Positions 50,606-64,000 of a stretch of 64,000 bases of DNA are shown here, one piece after another. Within the stretch, counting starts at the first letter, position 1; the number at the start of each line of letters is the position of its first letter. The position numbers and the translations under genes were made by a program. Source of the stretch: Phoronis australis (lineage: Eukaryota; Animalia; Phoronida); the NCBI GenBank assembly GCA_002633005.1, contig NMRA01000921.1, positions 1-64,000 of the forward strand, in the 5' to 3' direction. The notes beneath the pieces were generated by a model. That model was not told the origin of the DNA. It made no database searches and was given only the letters and a program-made list of their open reading frames with translations.

Positions 50606-52396
50606 TAAACCAAATTTGAGGGTAACTAACAGGAAAGTTAGTAAAAAGGTGAAAAGGTCAACCTTGAGACAGAAATTAAAACCGTGTTTCTGTTTCTGCT
50701 TCTGTTTCTGTGCTGACGTCAGAGGGTAGGCACCGGGATAGTCTCTGGTACTCCTCCTTGCAGTATCGCACGCACTATAAATTTGGAGATGCTGTGCCTG
50801 TACTAAAATTTCTGGTCTCATCTAACATGCCATTCTAACCAGGTGTCCTATAACTTTCAATTTTTTGGCTAAATGGACAAATGACCCTAAAAATTAGCTC
50901 GATTTTCATGTGTGTTGCTAATTCTTGTCATAAAAATGCTAATTATGGGTATTTCACTATACTATCAAATTTGTGCAATCACATGGACCCCAAACTTTAT
51001 AAAAATAACATCTCAACTTTGGCACATAATTGACCTCACTAGGTCAAAGGTCATCTCCTGGATATCATGGTGCCGTATGCCGTCCACTACAAAAGTGTTA
51101 AATAGTTAAGTTAATGTTAAGTTTTCAATCACAATTAAATTATTAATTCCTGATTCTTATTTAACTAGTTACGCAATATAGACCAAAATTTTAGATCCTA
51201 GGAATTATTTGTTCAGTCAGAAATTGCGTGACAGACGTACAGCGAATTTGTACGTTCGTCACCTCCGTCCATCACAGCCAAGAAATTACAATATTTCAGC
51301 CAATAAAAATAAACTTCGGTCATATTTTACTTTCAAACCTTGCAGAAGATAAACTGTTACAGTTGTTGACCACTTGTATCATTAGGAGGTGACACCAACA
51401 AGAAAACAATACATTACAGAAAGGGTCAATATATATGGCCACATCAGGCTACATTTGAATTTTCACAATTCTAATTCCAAAAGCAAGTTTTCAGTCAGCA
51501 GCTTTTCTGCTGACTTTTCCTAGATTTAGATTGACAACAGATGCTCACCAATGTGTCAAATCTTCCTTTTTGTTCCCTCACAGTTAGGCAGCTGCACAAA
51601 ATAATGTGAAAGTGAAAACAATAAATTTTGTAAACCACGCTGCCTGACCTAACCCTAACCTCCACTTTCACTTTGACATGATTCTCTAAACAGTGTTGAG
51701 CTGGGAACAGATTTTGGGCTTGGCCTGCCAAGCTCTCAGTTGTTTAGTCTTGTGTTTGTAAGCAAGCAGTTCCTGACCTGGCATAATTGGATGATTCTGA
51801 CTGGGCCATGGTTAAGACATTAAATGTATCTTGGTGTAATAAGTTCTCTGTGTATGGGTCTTTTGTTTTAAGTTTAACAGTGGTGTTTTAGGAGATTTAA
51901 TTGAAAGATATCATGAAAATTAGATGGTTGGAAGACTACAATAGTCCATATCTCTATGCCATAAAGAAATCTTGTTGAAGAAACGTAGTGACACAAATAT
52001 ACACATTTCCATGGTGCATGCGGACACAGTGAAATAGGCCTACCCTCCACTATATGAAAAATGACCCCTATAAACTCAACTTGGAAACACCAGCCACTCG
52101 CATGTGGAAATCCTGCTGTTACTTGTCAAAGTAATTATATGCATTTACTAAGGTATTCACAAGTGGTACTTATTCTCTTACTTCACATTTTTTGACGTGA
52201 CAAAACGGTAGGATTGTCATTTTCGAGTTCTTTTATTGGCATTTAATGATTCTTCATTGTTGTTGAAGGTCAGGCCAAAATTTGGGACCCATTCAACCTC
52301 ATGTTTACTGACTTTCTAAAACCGCTCTGAGGTGGTGGCGTATTACAACTATTATTAAAATCTCTTGGTCTATTTACACCGACCTCTAGTCTATAT

Positions 52397-52446
52397 ACAC
52401 TGTCACGACGTTTCGGTCGGTCTATTCGCCGGCCGTCATCAGGTGT
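52397..52446 (-). ncRNA. Candidate minimal type I hammerhead ribozyme (Penelope-type)
   Basis: Minus strand ACAC-CTGATGA-CGGCCGGCGAATAGACCGACC-GAAA-CGTCGTGACAGTGT: CUGAUGA and GAAA cores around an imperfect stem II; the copy in the right arm has a mutated core (CTGTCGA). Confidence 0.55.
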
Positions 52447-52478
52447 TCCCGCGTTCTTAGAAAAACACCACTACACCA

Positions 52479-52561
52479 CGGAGTCATGACGTAGTGGTTA
52501 ATGTGCTGGACTCTAATTATCTGTAGTTTCAGAAGTCGTGGGTTCAAATCTTGCCTAGGAC
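52479..52561 (+). mobile_element. tRNA-derived SINE head (Pol III A and B boxes)
   Basis: A-box-like TGACGTAGTGG and B-box-like GGTTCAAATC at tRNA-like spacing; no proper acceptor stem, so not a tRNA gene. Confidence 0.6.
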
Positions 52562-54210
52562 AAAAAATGACACCATGAGTGTACCACATATCCATGCTCG
52601 TTCTTCTAAGAACGCGGGAACACCTGTCGATGGCCGGAGAATAGACCAACCGAAACGTCGTGACAGAGTAAATAGACTAGAGGTCGGTGTAAATAGACCA
52701 AGAGATTTTAAAAATAGTTGTCTCATGTTTACTGTTAGGTATAGTGAAGTATACTGCAGTTGCAACTTCACTCCAGCCTCGCTATATCACAATAAGTACT
52801 GTGTTGTAATTTTATTGAGTGTTAACTAGCTTTAAATGTCAAGTATCAAACAGTTGCTCTGATTTTAAAATCAAAGTTTTAACTTGTCTTATTTCATATC
52901 TTGATTCTCAAAAACCTACATGTCCCAGACTGTTTAGGAGCTGTTTCAATTAAATGCAAGTGCTAGTTGAAAACATTCTTTGAATGTGCTCACCAAATGG
53001 CACCATAAAAGCAGCTGGACAGATTGTGGCAAACAATTTATGGTTGCAACTGGGATGTCCCCAACCTCAACAAACTCCAACCTCTTGAAATGTTTATCTA
53101 AAACATGCTTTATCAGTTAGTTGTCAAGGTTACGAACTTAAGCGGCCTTTTCAAACTGCCTGTAACTAAAGGACTTACAATACAGCTGGATTGGTAAGAC
53201 TGTACACTGAACTTAATGTAGATATATGCAGTATAATATTTGATTTCATTCAACAAGAAATAATTACTTCATAAGCATTCAGTCAAAGTTGGAAAAATCT
53301 TTCAATTTTGAGTAAAATTAATTGCTGGGTTTTTTATTATTCCTGGCTATCTGTTCATTATCAATCTCACTGCAATGATGGGAAACCCCCATTTCAGTTG
53401 ATACTTCGTATCATGGTGATGACAAAATGAATTCATGGATCATCCTTATCATTATTCAAAGTTAAGTAATAAGAAATTTCATAAATTATTCTAACTGGTG
53501 AAAAGACGTGCATGAAAATTATATCAACCGTGCGTTAAAATGTGAATTTTTGTGAAACATCATGTACCATTCATAGGAATTCAGAAATGGTTTATAAGAA
53601 TTGGATTTAATTAGATTTGTTTGCAAGCTACCAGTTACATTTCTTTTCCAATCAATGTGGAATTTACACAAAACGTGTATCGTGAGTAGCTCGAAGCCTA
53701 TTGTATTTGGTTGAAATCAGACGCAAGATGGCACTGTAGATACCATTTTTCGCTGTCTTGGTTTGCGGAGCCGTAGATTTACAGGTTCTATAATTTTTCT
53801 GATTTCTTTTTAGGGGAAAAATCATTTAAATGACCATAAGAAGTGTCCAATTTGTTTTTTTCCTTAGGACTTACTGTTTTGGAGTTATTCAAAATTTTCC
53901 GGCGACTGCTAGATAATCGAATCAATTTTTGTTCGGCATCTCTGGCAACACTTGCCGTATCTTTCTTGAAGCCAGTATATAGATAGTGCTATCTGCATTG
54001 TGCCATCCATTTCACACTATAACCTACCTTTTTCGAGATATTCAAGATTTACTAGCCACATGAATGTTGTTCTGTCGACTTACTGGTACTTTTAGCTGCA
54101 CTTCGGTCGCCTATTATATTCGTGACAGAGATTGTTTGTCTGATTGACATTGATTTACTTAGTGTTTATCTAGTCAAAAGCGCGAGCACTGGTTTGTGGA
54201 TGAACATGTA

Positions 54211-55075
54211 CATCAATTTTCAATCGTTAGAATGGTTTGGTTAATAGAGAGATCGATGCCAAAAAAACAGACTCAAAAACAGTAAAAATGGCCATGAGGT
54301 GGCGCAAAATACCTCAAATCCATCAGAAAACGGCAGGATAGCGTCACCGTACCAATACGATGTCTACATTTCAAATTTTTCGAAACTCTGTTGAGCATCC
54401 TTGAATATACAGAGGTAAACATAAAAACTAAAATTGCCACTGGGGGTTGTAACGGTAGTCCGATTCATGCAAAAGTCATCATCATTTGTTGTCAACATCG
54501 CATAAATGTACTTGCAACATTAAGTAAAAGATCCTACTAATGGCTTAGAAGATTCAGCCATGGGTGCAAAAAAAACTGCAACTAGGAGGCGCCACAGTTC
54601 TCGAAGTCGTCGGAAAATCGTCGTCAGCCGCACTCAACACAGTAAGAACATATCCGTCAATTTTCAAAATCATCCCCAGAGCGGTTTGGTTGATAAAAGG
54701 GCGGATGCCAAAAACAGACTTGAAAACAATAAAAATGGCCACCAGGTGGCGCAAAGTGCCTCGAATCCATTCGAAAACGGGAGGATGGCATCATCTCACT
54801 AATAGATGCCTAACTGCTAAATTTTATGAAAATCCATTGAAAACCTTCAAAGATACAGAGGTAAGCGTAAAAAATTAATATTGCCACTAGGGGGCACACC
54901 GGTAGTTGGAGAGGTACGAAATTCGTTGTCATCTGTCGTCAGCTTGATATGAACACACCTGCCAAATCTCATTCAGATCCTGTGAGGGGTTTAGGAGATA
55001 CAGCTGAGGATGCCAGACGCCCAGACAGAGATGACAGCAATATGCGACCACATATAAATATGTGGGCCCATAAAA
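54211..55075. mobile_element. HINE family 1, copy 3 (head missing)
   Basis: Same GCCACTAGG units and terminal ATGCGACCACATAT-AA-ATATGTGGGCCCAT hairpin. Confidence 0.7.
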
Positions 55076-55399
55076 ATAAAATTGATGAGTTTCTAGACAT
55101 CTAGCCTACTATATTTTAATCTCTAACAATAAGACACTCACAGAAAAGATGAGTCTTAAAGTGAAAGCGAGGTCACAAGGCAGATCTGTCTTGTGACGAA
55201 AATGAAAGCATAGAAGCGCTGACATTAAACTTGTCATTGTGCTTTTTCTCCTCCGTTTTAAAGGGGTGGGGGGGTGCAAAATGGAAATTATTATCTATTC
55301 TGGGCTTGAGATTCGTTGGCAGGACAAGACCATAGCAACCGTGACGACTATGATCACATTGGTGGATTACAGTACCACAACATGATGAGCATAGTCACA

Positions 55400-55690
55400 A
55401 TGATTCGGGGTGTACCCAGATCCTGAGAGAAAAATCCACAACACACTTTTACGAGTACACCGAAAATGATTTGGAGTGTACTCAGAGCCTGAGAGCAGAA
55501 TACACCAACACAATTTTATAAGTACACCCAAAATGGTTGGGGGTGTACCCAGAGCTTCAAAACTGAATACACAAACACAATTTTATGAGTACCCCAAAAA
55601 TGATTTGGGGTGTACTCAGAGCCTGAGAGCTGAATACACAAACACAATTTTGAGTACATACAAAATGGTTTGGGCTGTACCCAAGCCAGA
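55400..55690. repeat. Minisatellite, about 67-bp unit, about 4-5 copies
   Basis: Recurrent GTGTAC(C/T)CAGAG...AATACAC...ACAATTTT..GAGTAC..AAAATG. Confidence 0.75.
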
Positions 55691-57998
55691 CCAGATGAAC
55701 TCGCGTCATGCAAGGCCATTCAGGTATACCCTAAACTTGACATGACTGTGAGCTCTTTCACAAGGCTACCTGAAACCCTGCACAATTTATTTTTTTTATC
55801 AATTGTTCATTTCCATGATAAAAGTTCATTTGAAATAATAACATGTTTGTATCTCACACCTAAGAACCTTAAAATGAAAAAATGATAGTACAAAGGCAGC
55901 TTAATAATTAAGTGAATAAGTTGCTGCAGATTTAAACTAAATGCATTGGACTTTTTCAATTTCAAATTTAAAGTATTTATTTTGTAGAAAAGTTATAGTT
56001 TAAATTGTCATCTACTTATTCTTAGTAGAATTCATTTTATTAAAATCAGACAGTTCAACTACATTATAAAATGTAATTAAAACAAAATGTTAATTAAATG
56101 AAGTTAATATTTCTATCTGTTGGTACCCTGTGTTTGTAAAAAATTGCTTAGATTTCAGGAAAATCAAGATGCAAAAATATTCATATAAAAAGTTCCTAAG
56201 GTGCTCTAGAGTATAAATAACAAAAGACCTAAAGGAAGATATGTCATGTTGCTGTGGCAATGTAATCAACATGTTATTGTTGCTCTGACCTGCCAGGCTG
56301 CATTTGTGTTGAAAAAGCCGATACTGGGCATTTTTAAGCCGTAGGGACCTACCACCTACTTTACAGAGTACTTTTTCACACCCTCACTGTAGTCACTCGT
56401 TTTGTGTCTTTCAGTGCATTGGGCCATTGGGTGGCTCATGTATGAAATGATTTCATAGCCATCATTGTCTCTGAGTAATCTTTCATATTCATGATCCCTG
56501 GATCTTTTTAAGAATTAGGCTATTTTTTCTGCTGAGCCTCGCGTAGATTAAACAGGGGTTTAGAAACGTTAGAGCAAATTATTAGAGACAACGGGAAGAA
56601 CAGAGAGATGCAGCTAGGAGAAGAATAAATATCTGCTGGAATTCTCTGAAAACATGCAAATGTGAATCAAAAAATTGATAACAGTACTCTACTTGCGTGT
56701 ACTGTGATGTGACATCAGCTTTACTACTATATACATGGGCATGGGTCAGAACCATCAACAACATGGCCCAGAAAATAATGTTAGTTCAAGTTGAGGGCGA
56801 GCTCTCATTTCAAAAACAAATAATTAAAATGTGTTCTCATTCAATGATTATTTAATGTTTTAAACTTTGTTTCACACTTTGTATTTTGACAGTCACATTT
56901 GTTTATTAGTTTTGAGTTTCTATTCTATTTAACCCATCAAAACATTTTTCCTGATAAACTAACAGCTGTCAAATACAAAATGATTGTCGCTTTCATTTCC
57001 GTTTGTATTGCTTACCATCTTCAAAGGAAAGAGAAGATTTTTGGGGGTTGTTTCACATCTTTAAACAAATGTATTGGAAAGTTAACATCTTAGAATATAT
57101 TTGTAACATACCGCCACCTGTGACGATTTCGTGCAAATGGTCAGTCACTACATTTAAATAACATTGATTCATAGTACCAACAGACCAATATAGCTTAAAT
57201 AGTGCAAATGTATTAATTATTCTGAATTGATATCTTTAAGTCACAAAAAACAACTTATTACTACAAATTCAGAGCGTACATCCGTCACTAACTCAACTTA
57301 ATATGTCAAGCTGTCTCACAAAAATTTCTTAGAAGATATTGTCAAAAAAATTAGTGTGTTGTACTTTGCAAACATTCCACTAATTCTTCATATAAAACGA
57401 AAATTGTAACTTTATGCCACTCAAAGAAAATTAACCTTAACAAGTTAAAAAAATAATTCAAATTGTCTGCGTAATTCCGTCACACCTCAGACAATTTTCT
57501 CAATCAGACCAAAAGTTAGGGGAAAAGCTGTAATTGCTTTGAAAGCCATCAATGACACCTATCAAACAGGAACTGAACAAATAATTGCACTGAGCTCCTA
57601 GCGATGAGTCTAGGGAACATTTTGTCCACTTGTAATTCCTTGAGGTAGGAATTTTTGGAAGTTGAAGTTGTTAACTGACTGGCATTTTCTATGAGTCAAA
57701 TGGTTCAAGTGGTGTTGAAAGGTAGAGAGAATGCAATGTTAACAAACAAATTTGAAAGTATCCCAAGAAGGCAAAAATACAACAGATGAAATTAAGGTCA
57801 TGAAAGAAAACGTATAACTATGCATTACCAACGGTGATTACTGAGAAAGCACATCTCAATGTATCTTGGAGGTTACAATAGAATCGTGGTTCATTACAAC
57901 AATTTCCTAAGTAATATGTAGTTACTGACATCCTACTAATGCATATTGTAACCTAAAACAGGAATGAGTACCATGACACAGTTTAAATAGCAACTTAC

Positions 57999-58322
57999 CG
58001 GTCGCCTTAAGGACCTCAGTTTCAGCGTACAAAGTAGCCTGCCTGTTGGACACTTGACATCTAAACTGTACGCCATCATCAGCTGCATCCAAGTTGACCG
58101 TCAGTGTGCTGGTGCTGTTAGTGGTTCCATCATTGTTGTTGGCAGTAGTCTTGGTAACATTCTCTGTTATGTCTGTGTAGGCACCGCTACTTATTCGCCG
58201 TGACCACACCATAGATGCCTGTGGTTTGCCCAAATTGGCCGTACATATGAGAACAGTTGGTCCTAATCCACCAAGAACAGGCTGCGTCAGGGCACCAGAT
58301 ATAGATGGTGTACTTGGACGGA
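57999..58322 (-). CDS. Ig C2-type (CD80-like/nephrin-like) domain exon of IgSF gene A
   Basis: GAACAG| acceptor, |GTAAGT donor, 324 nt, phase 1-1; RPSTPSISG...VLICTANLGKPQASMVWSR...STSTLTVNLDAADDGVQFRCQVSN with canonical Cys, Trp and D-G-x-x-F-x-C. Confidence 0.88.
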
Positions 58323-58920
58323 CTGTTCATGTGGAAACAAGTATAAATTAAGCATTACAGCTCCTATCTAGTTACAATTGATCACCAAGGTACCTTAAGA
58401 CACTTTGACAAGTGAACGATGTTCTGGAATGCGCTTACCCTCAATTTGGTATGATGATAAAATGTGCCCAGACTTCTAAATGGCTTCTTTTAACATGCAG
58501 TTGCAACCTCTTTGTTAAAACTTGTGATACATTTGAATAGCCAGCATCGCCATCACTTGATGATTGCTGACACTTGAATAATTACGGGTCACCTTAACAA
58601 TTGTCAAAAAGCCATCCCTTATAAATTTTAGAAAGTAACATTTTGAATTAACATGCTTAAATTGGTAACCCTAGATCGGTGTGGGCACCATTTATTAATA
58701 TGCAGTCCACAGATCCATCGACCAAAATACAGCCAACAGGGCGGCAAGATGGGAGGTCAACCATTCCAAAACATGTTCAGTCTAATAAATCACATTATGG
58801 ATGACAGAAATTTGGTGAAGTTAACCGAGGCAATTGTAGAACATTTTTACCAGATGAGACTGACAAGTGCTAATAAATGAGCAACAACATGTCCAGAGAT
58901 TTTTTCTAGTGTGACCGGGT

Positions 58921-60545
58921 CCCGGGTGAGAATTTTACACGTTTGACACGCTTTTGAGCGTGTCAAACGTGTAAAAAACGTGTAATACGTGTCAAAATTG
59001 CCACGTTAACGTGTAAAACGTGTAAAAACATGACACGCTAGCGTGTCAAACGTGTAAAATTTGCCACGTTAGCGTGTCAAACGTGTAAAATTTGCCACGT
59101 TAGCGTGTCAAACATGTAAAGTTTGCCACGTTAACGTGTCAAACGTGTAAAGTTTGACACGCTAGCATATCAAAGTGTAAAATGTGACACGCTATGGTGT
59201 CAAACGTGTAAAATTTTGACACGCTAGCGTGTCAAACGTGTAAAATATGATAGAACTCTTCAATAAAGATACAATTTAAATAGGCTTGGCCGTTCTGAAA
59301 AGGCCACTGGGAGGTAATCACCCAATTTGAATGATTAAACATGTTCCCTTAATAACATCAAAGAGTTTGCAACAAAGGTTTTCACTGCATATTCAAATAT
59401 TCAAATACTGAGTTAGAGTTGGTTTAGCTGTCAGAGTGTGCAGTCGTGTCAGGAGAGCACTTATGAAGTATGGTTTTCGAGTGTAGTGCAGCTTTAACAG
59501 AAGTTTAGTATGTATATACTCTGGTTGACAGTGGCTCGATAAACTTTTCTTGCAAATGGTCCTTCTTTTTACAGGTAAGTTTGATTGTAAAAGAAAACAA
59601 GAGTCAGTAGAAACTGTTGACTATGCAGTTAATATATGAAGTCGGAACGCCTCTCATCTTCAGTAGTATATCAATTGATAATATTGTTGTTATTGGATCA
59701 ACTCACATTTTGTGTCATCTTGAATGAGGATAAGACATTGTGTGTAGAGGTTTGGGCTGCAAAATCAACATGAACTCAATGTTATGACAAATGTTGAATC
59801 ACTCTTGGTAATTCAAAGATGTTACAAAGTGCGTCTGTTCTTTACTTCATAAACTGTCTTCAAGCAACTGGCCTGACTCAAAAGCTTAGACTTATATGCA
59901 TATATATAGCAGCTTAAGCACTTCAAATTTGTATGTTGAACCATTTTCTTATTTCTGTGTTAATGTTATTCTAGATGAAATGAAATTTAGTGACAACAGT
60001 ATGTGGTAAGAGTTGGATAGTTACATTATCCTTTTAATGATTCTATATCATTATCACATTTTGGATTATTTACATCAACAGTAACAATAAACTGTGACTT
60101 AAAGAAGAAATCCCTTTATACATTTGCTTTCAGTATGGATTCCCATGGTGGATGGTGAGCTGCTATAAACAAGAACATTATGGCTTGTACACGGCCTCAG
60201 GCTAAATGTAGGGTCGCTACCATGGCAATGACACAGATTACAGGCTAGCGTGTCAAAAGCGCCACGTTTGACACGCTAGGGTGTCAAAAGTGCCACGTTT
60301 TTGCCACGTTTTGGCACGCCACGTTCGACACGCTATCGCCACGTTTTACACACTTATCGCCACGTTTGACCCGCTGAGCGTGTCAAACGTGGAGTATTGG
60401 AACGAAAATTACACGTTTTGACACGTATGACACGCTACATTTTACACGTTTGACACGCCACGTTTTACACGTTCGACACATTTTGAGAGCGTTCCAATAC
60501 TCCACGTTTTTAGAGCGTGTCAAACGTGTCAAATTCTCACCCGGG
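58921..60545. mobile_element. Non-autonomous CACTA/EnSpm-like element (CCCGGG termini, 2-bp TSD GT), copy 2
   Basis: Same TIR and nearly identical interior as 14303-16249; GT at 58919-20 and 60546-7. Confidence 0.88.
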
Positions 60546-63516
60546 GTAGGCATACGGTCATTGACAGCACGATCTAGCAGATTTGGACTTAACCTGCCTT
60601 AAAGTATTCCAGACTCCACGGGAACTTAAACACTTAGAAACGCTATGTGGAAACTTAAAGTGGATTTCAGTTAGTTTTCTCGAGTTAAACTATTTTTATT
60701 CAAGAATTCAAGTCGCCATATCGACGATTGCAAGGCAGTCAGTCGGCGAGTTTTGGCCCTCGGATTAATGCACAATTTTCTGTAAAATGATAGTAATTTA
60801 ACGGCAAAGTTTGATAGGAATGCACCACAATTTTGTAGAAAGTCTGCCATAGGTTACACTTTCGTCTCATGGCGTAAATATGATGAATCTTAACTTTCGA
60901 TTTCACCCGTTTCGGAGTCAGGGTTTCAACCATCATATATGGGTTACAATAAGCGCTCCCTGAAACAAATTTTTCTAAGCACCCTGGGCGGTTATTAGGG
61001 CGAATAAAGTACACAGCACCAAGGCAACATTGCGCAGTCGGGGCCACTGCCTGGCCTGACGCAGAACAGCATCGTCCCATCCACTAATAGTCAACACTAC
61101 ACGGTAGTTAACTTGTATCATGAACTTCTGAGAGCTGAGATTGCAGACGAGTTATACACATTAAGCACATTTCTGTATCCCAGACTGGCTATTCACCCAA
61201 TGAGCTATACATAATAAGCTTAATTCATCTCATTGACTTCCCACGGTACAGTCTCAGTGACGTCACTTTTTTACAAAAATGTGAAAGGAATAACAAAGAT
61301 GTGATTTCTGTAATAGACTTTATTCATAAACTAAATTTCATTAAAAATGCATGTTTTCGTACTTCAGGAACCTTTTAAAACTTTGGAGACAGTCGTCATT
61401 GCAATTTGCATCAAACAGAACTTATCAGAGGAAACTAGAAAGATTATTGTCACGACGAGACAATAATGGACTCTGCGCGTACGTATTACCAGCAATTCGT
61501 TATGGGAAGTTACCGACAACAACCCGTTTATCAATATGAAAAAGAATTCTATAAAACTATAGGAGTATATCCATGTTGATAATTTGATGACCCTTGCACT
61601 AATTGACCCTTGCCAGCGCATTACGAGCCCTGATTAGGGAAAGACCGTTAACTCGATGAAAAGTGTGGTTAGTGCTAACAATCGGAGATGTCTTACCTTA
61701 AAGTCCTTGTTGCAAACTGCCCATGTGGTTCTAGTATCCGAAAATACTTACTACATAAAATCTTATTTTCGACACCCTTTCTTTACATTCTTTTCGCCTT
61801 TCTTGCCAAAAGCGATTTTTCAACAGTATTTGACCCTTTTCTCTGAGCGTATGATTACCGGTTGTCATCGGTTATTTCCGTACCTACATTTCCGGCTCAT
61901 CAGTTCAGGAACTTTTCCTGAACGCCGCCATTTTTTCCTTGTAACTGAATGTGCTATGGCTTGCTCGAAAAGTCTTCAATATATTGTTTTATTAGTAATA
62001 TATCGTGATTCGTTTGCATATGCAGTGTATTTATAGTTTGTAGTTTGTGGTCGTTGATTTTTTTTGGAATGTTACGCGTACTTAGTATGTTAAAATAGTA
62101 TTGGTGTTTAGTTCCTCACGTAGGCCGGTCGAACCTAGGAACCAATATGGGTCGAACCTACTTTTTTCAGTTTCATTTTTTTCCTCGTTTTGAAAAAGTA
62201 CTTTGCTATCATCGGAAAGGTGGTACATTCTACTCAGTAAAAATCGAAAAAGCATCAAAATCGGGGCCAGCACTGTAAAGTTATTGCAAGTTTTGTGGCG
62301 AAATTTGGGTCACTTTGTTTGGATCGCGTCGACCATATTGGAGGACAGCGGAATGAGTTACGAGTTTAAAACTTTGTGAAATTGTTTTCGCCAACAAATT
62401 ACGGTGACATTTAGTTAGACATAACTTTACTTACTATTCTGCCCGATTTAGCAGTGTTCACCAAATTTCAGCCTCGCAGTTGTTACTCATTAAGTGATAA
62501 ATGTGCTCACAATTCCCGTTGGACTTCGTCTCATTTCTGGCGGCACCTACAATGTCGACTTTTGCTGAACTGAAAGGCATGTTCAATCGGCTACTTTGTA
62601 ATTTGTGAAGATTTAACGTCGAAACATTTTGACAAACGTGGCTACAAAAAAGAAACTCTGTTCAATTTTCGTGTTTTTTTGTGTTTGTGGTCAGCGAGCA
62701 GTTAGGCCTAAGGGTAGTCTTGGCGCAAAGCTGCCTCCCGTTCAGTAACGCTAGGACCTCACTAAAAAGCAAGACTTCGCGAGAATACGTGAGATTTCGC
62801 CGTGTCTTTTGAAAAAGAACACGTGACTTTCACTAGGTTTTAGCTAGGTCCTACCGTAGGTCCTAGCGTCTACTGAACGCACGCCTGTATAGGCCTACTA
62901 ACAAGCTGTATTTTGACTATAGTCTTCACTGGTTGCTGGTGACTGAGGCTAACTAAAGTCTGCCGCGACAGTGTTACACAGGACTAACCAGCCCGTAATT
63001 TCATGCAAGTATTCTACCCTTGAATATATGCAGCATTTATCATTTGACCATTTTACTTCGACAAAACAGCTTGCAACCGCATGTATTTACAGTTCGCCAG
63101 TGAGTGGTCTCGATCCGCACCGGGTCCGATAGGCTGCGGTACCGAGTCTGGCAAAATAATTTCTGTCAAAATTTATTCGCCACATTTCTTCAGCAAATTC
63201 GATAAAATTGTCTGTAGTTTGATTTTATTAAAATTAAGGCGCGCTGTCGATCACTTTATCCCCGTTTGCTGGCTGGTAACAGTACAGGCACTGCTTGAGT
63301 CGCACTGACGGCGTTTTCTCGGCCTGGGTTCCTGAATGAATTGTACTTCCGGGTTCGCGGCCAGTTCAAAATGGCGGTGTTTCGTCGGGTGCGAATCGTG
63401 AGTGGCGCGTTCATTTAAACTGTTTTCGAGTACGGATCGTGTATTAGTTATGGGGTAGGTACTTCTTGGATCCTTATAACATCTTCTAACCATGTAATAA
63501 GGGTTAACACCGCGTG

Positions 63517-64000
63517 AGACAAGGACTTTAAGCACCATAGCCGGAATACAAAATGAAATTGATTTGGTCAAAATTTGAGAAGAAAAATGCACCTAATGAC
63601 CAAATGTTTGTACCAAATGACCTGAGACTTTATAATTCAAACTGAATCGCATTTGCTAAACAGATACGTAAATTTGAAGTCTCTAGCTCAAAATATTAGC
63701 TTGCACTCAATGACCTTTGACCTAGTTTCTCTGAGTGGATGGCCCTATTGCTTAGTAAAGTAAGGTATTTGATTGGGATGTAGGTTTACACCAATGTGCT
63801 GGAATTGAAGAGAATTCCTTGAAAAATGTAGGAGAAATAACCTATTCAAATGTAGATGACCTTTGCACTAATTGACCTTATCCAATGCATTACATCCCTT
63901 TTAGTAGAATTATTACAAAGACCGTGAATAGAACATTTAATTCTGAGAATCACAGTTGGATAAATGTTGACATATCAGAATACTTGGTGAATGAAAAGGT
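63517..64000. mobile_element. HINE-like family 2 copy, truncated by the window edge
   Basis: Aligns with 35810-36250 (GAAGAAAAATGCACCTAATGACC, GTCTCTAGCTCAAAAT, GAATTCCTTGAAAAATGTAGG). Confidence 0.6.

Larger units (their letters stand above)
52345..52721. repeat. 122-bp inverted repeat (52345-52466 / 52600-52721) of Penelope pLTR-like sequence
   Basis: Arms align directly as reverse complements with few mismatches. Confidence 0.85.

Noticed and set aside
51648-51661. CCTAACCCTAACC telomere-like motif
   Set aside because: Only two units.
52479-52561. Functional tRNA gene
   Set aside because: A and B boxes are present but the acceptor and anticodon stems do not pair; treated as a SINE head.

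Overview
Eukaryotic, AT-rich, intron-rich animal DNA, probably from a marine invertebrate, in a draft assembly with three long N gaps and several single-N joins. (1) 1047-11645 is a 10.6-kb P-superfamily DNA transposon with perfect 32-bp TIRs and two convergent, apparently intact spliced genes. The minus strand carries an 8-coding-exon, 911-aa DDE transposase that ends shortly after the catalytic Glu. The plus strand carries a 2-exon, 377-aa gene with the YxAGY...RGGL motifs normally found at the C-terminus of P transposase/THAP9, suggesting a split transposase. The spacer between the genes holds two 29-bp palindromic footprints of the same element family, each with a 7-bp TSD; their length fits the 17-nt staggered cut of Drosophila P. 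(2) About 12.4-19.4 kb is a decayed Mag-type Ty3/Gypsy element interrupted by two CCC...GGG elements with 2-bp TSDs. (3) Minus-strand host exons suggest an IgSF cluster: a C2-type Ig exon (58 kb), at least five paralogous 30-36-nt phase-1 micro-exons encoding DT(I/V)KPxx(S/N)GxGG stalk repeats (38.9-45.7 kb), a GPI-signal-like last exon (34.3 kb), and a cysteine-less Ig V exon (21.5 kb) of a probable second gene. (4) Introns are filled with Helentron-like (HINE) tandem-repeat elements, hAT-like MITEs, Penelope fragments and a 122-bp inverted repeat with a hammerhead core enclosing a tRNA-SINE head. All gene models were spliced by hand; no database searches were run.
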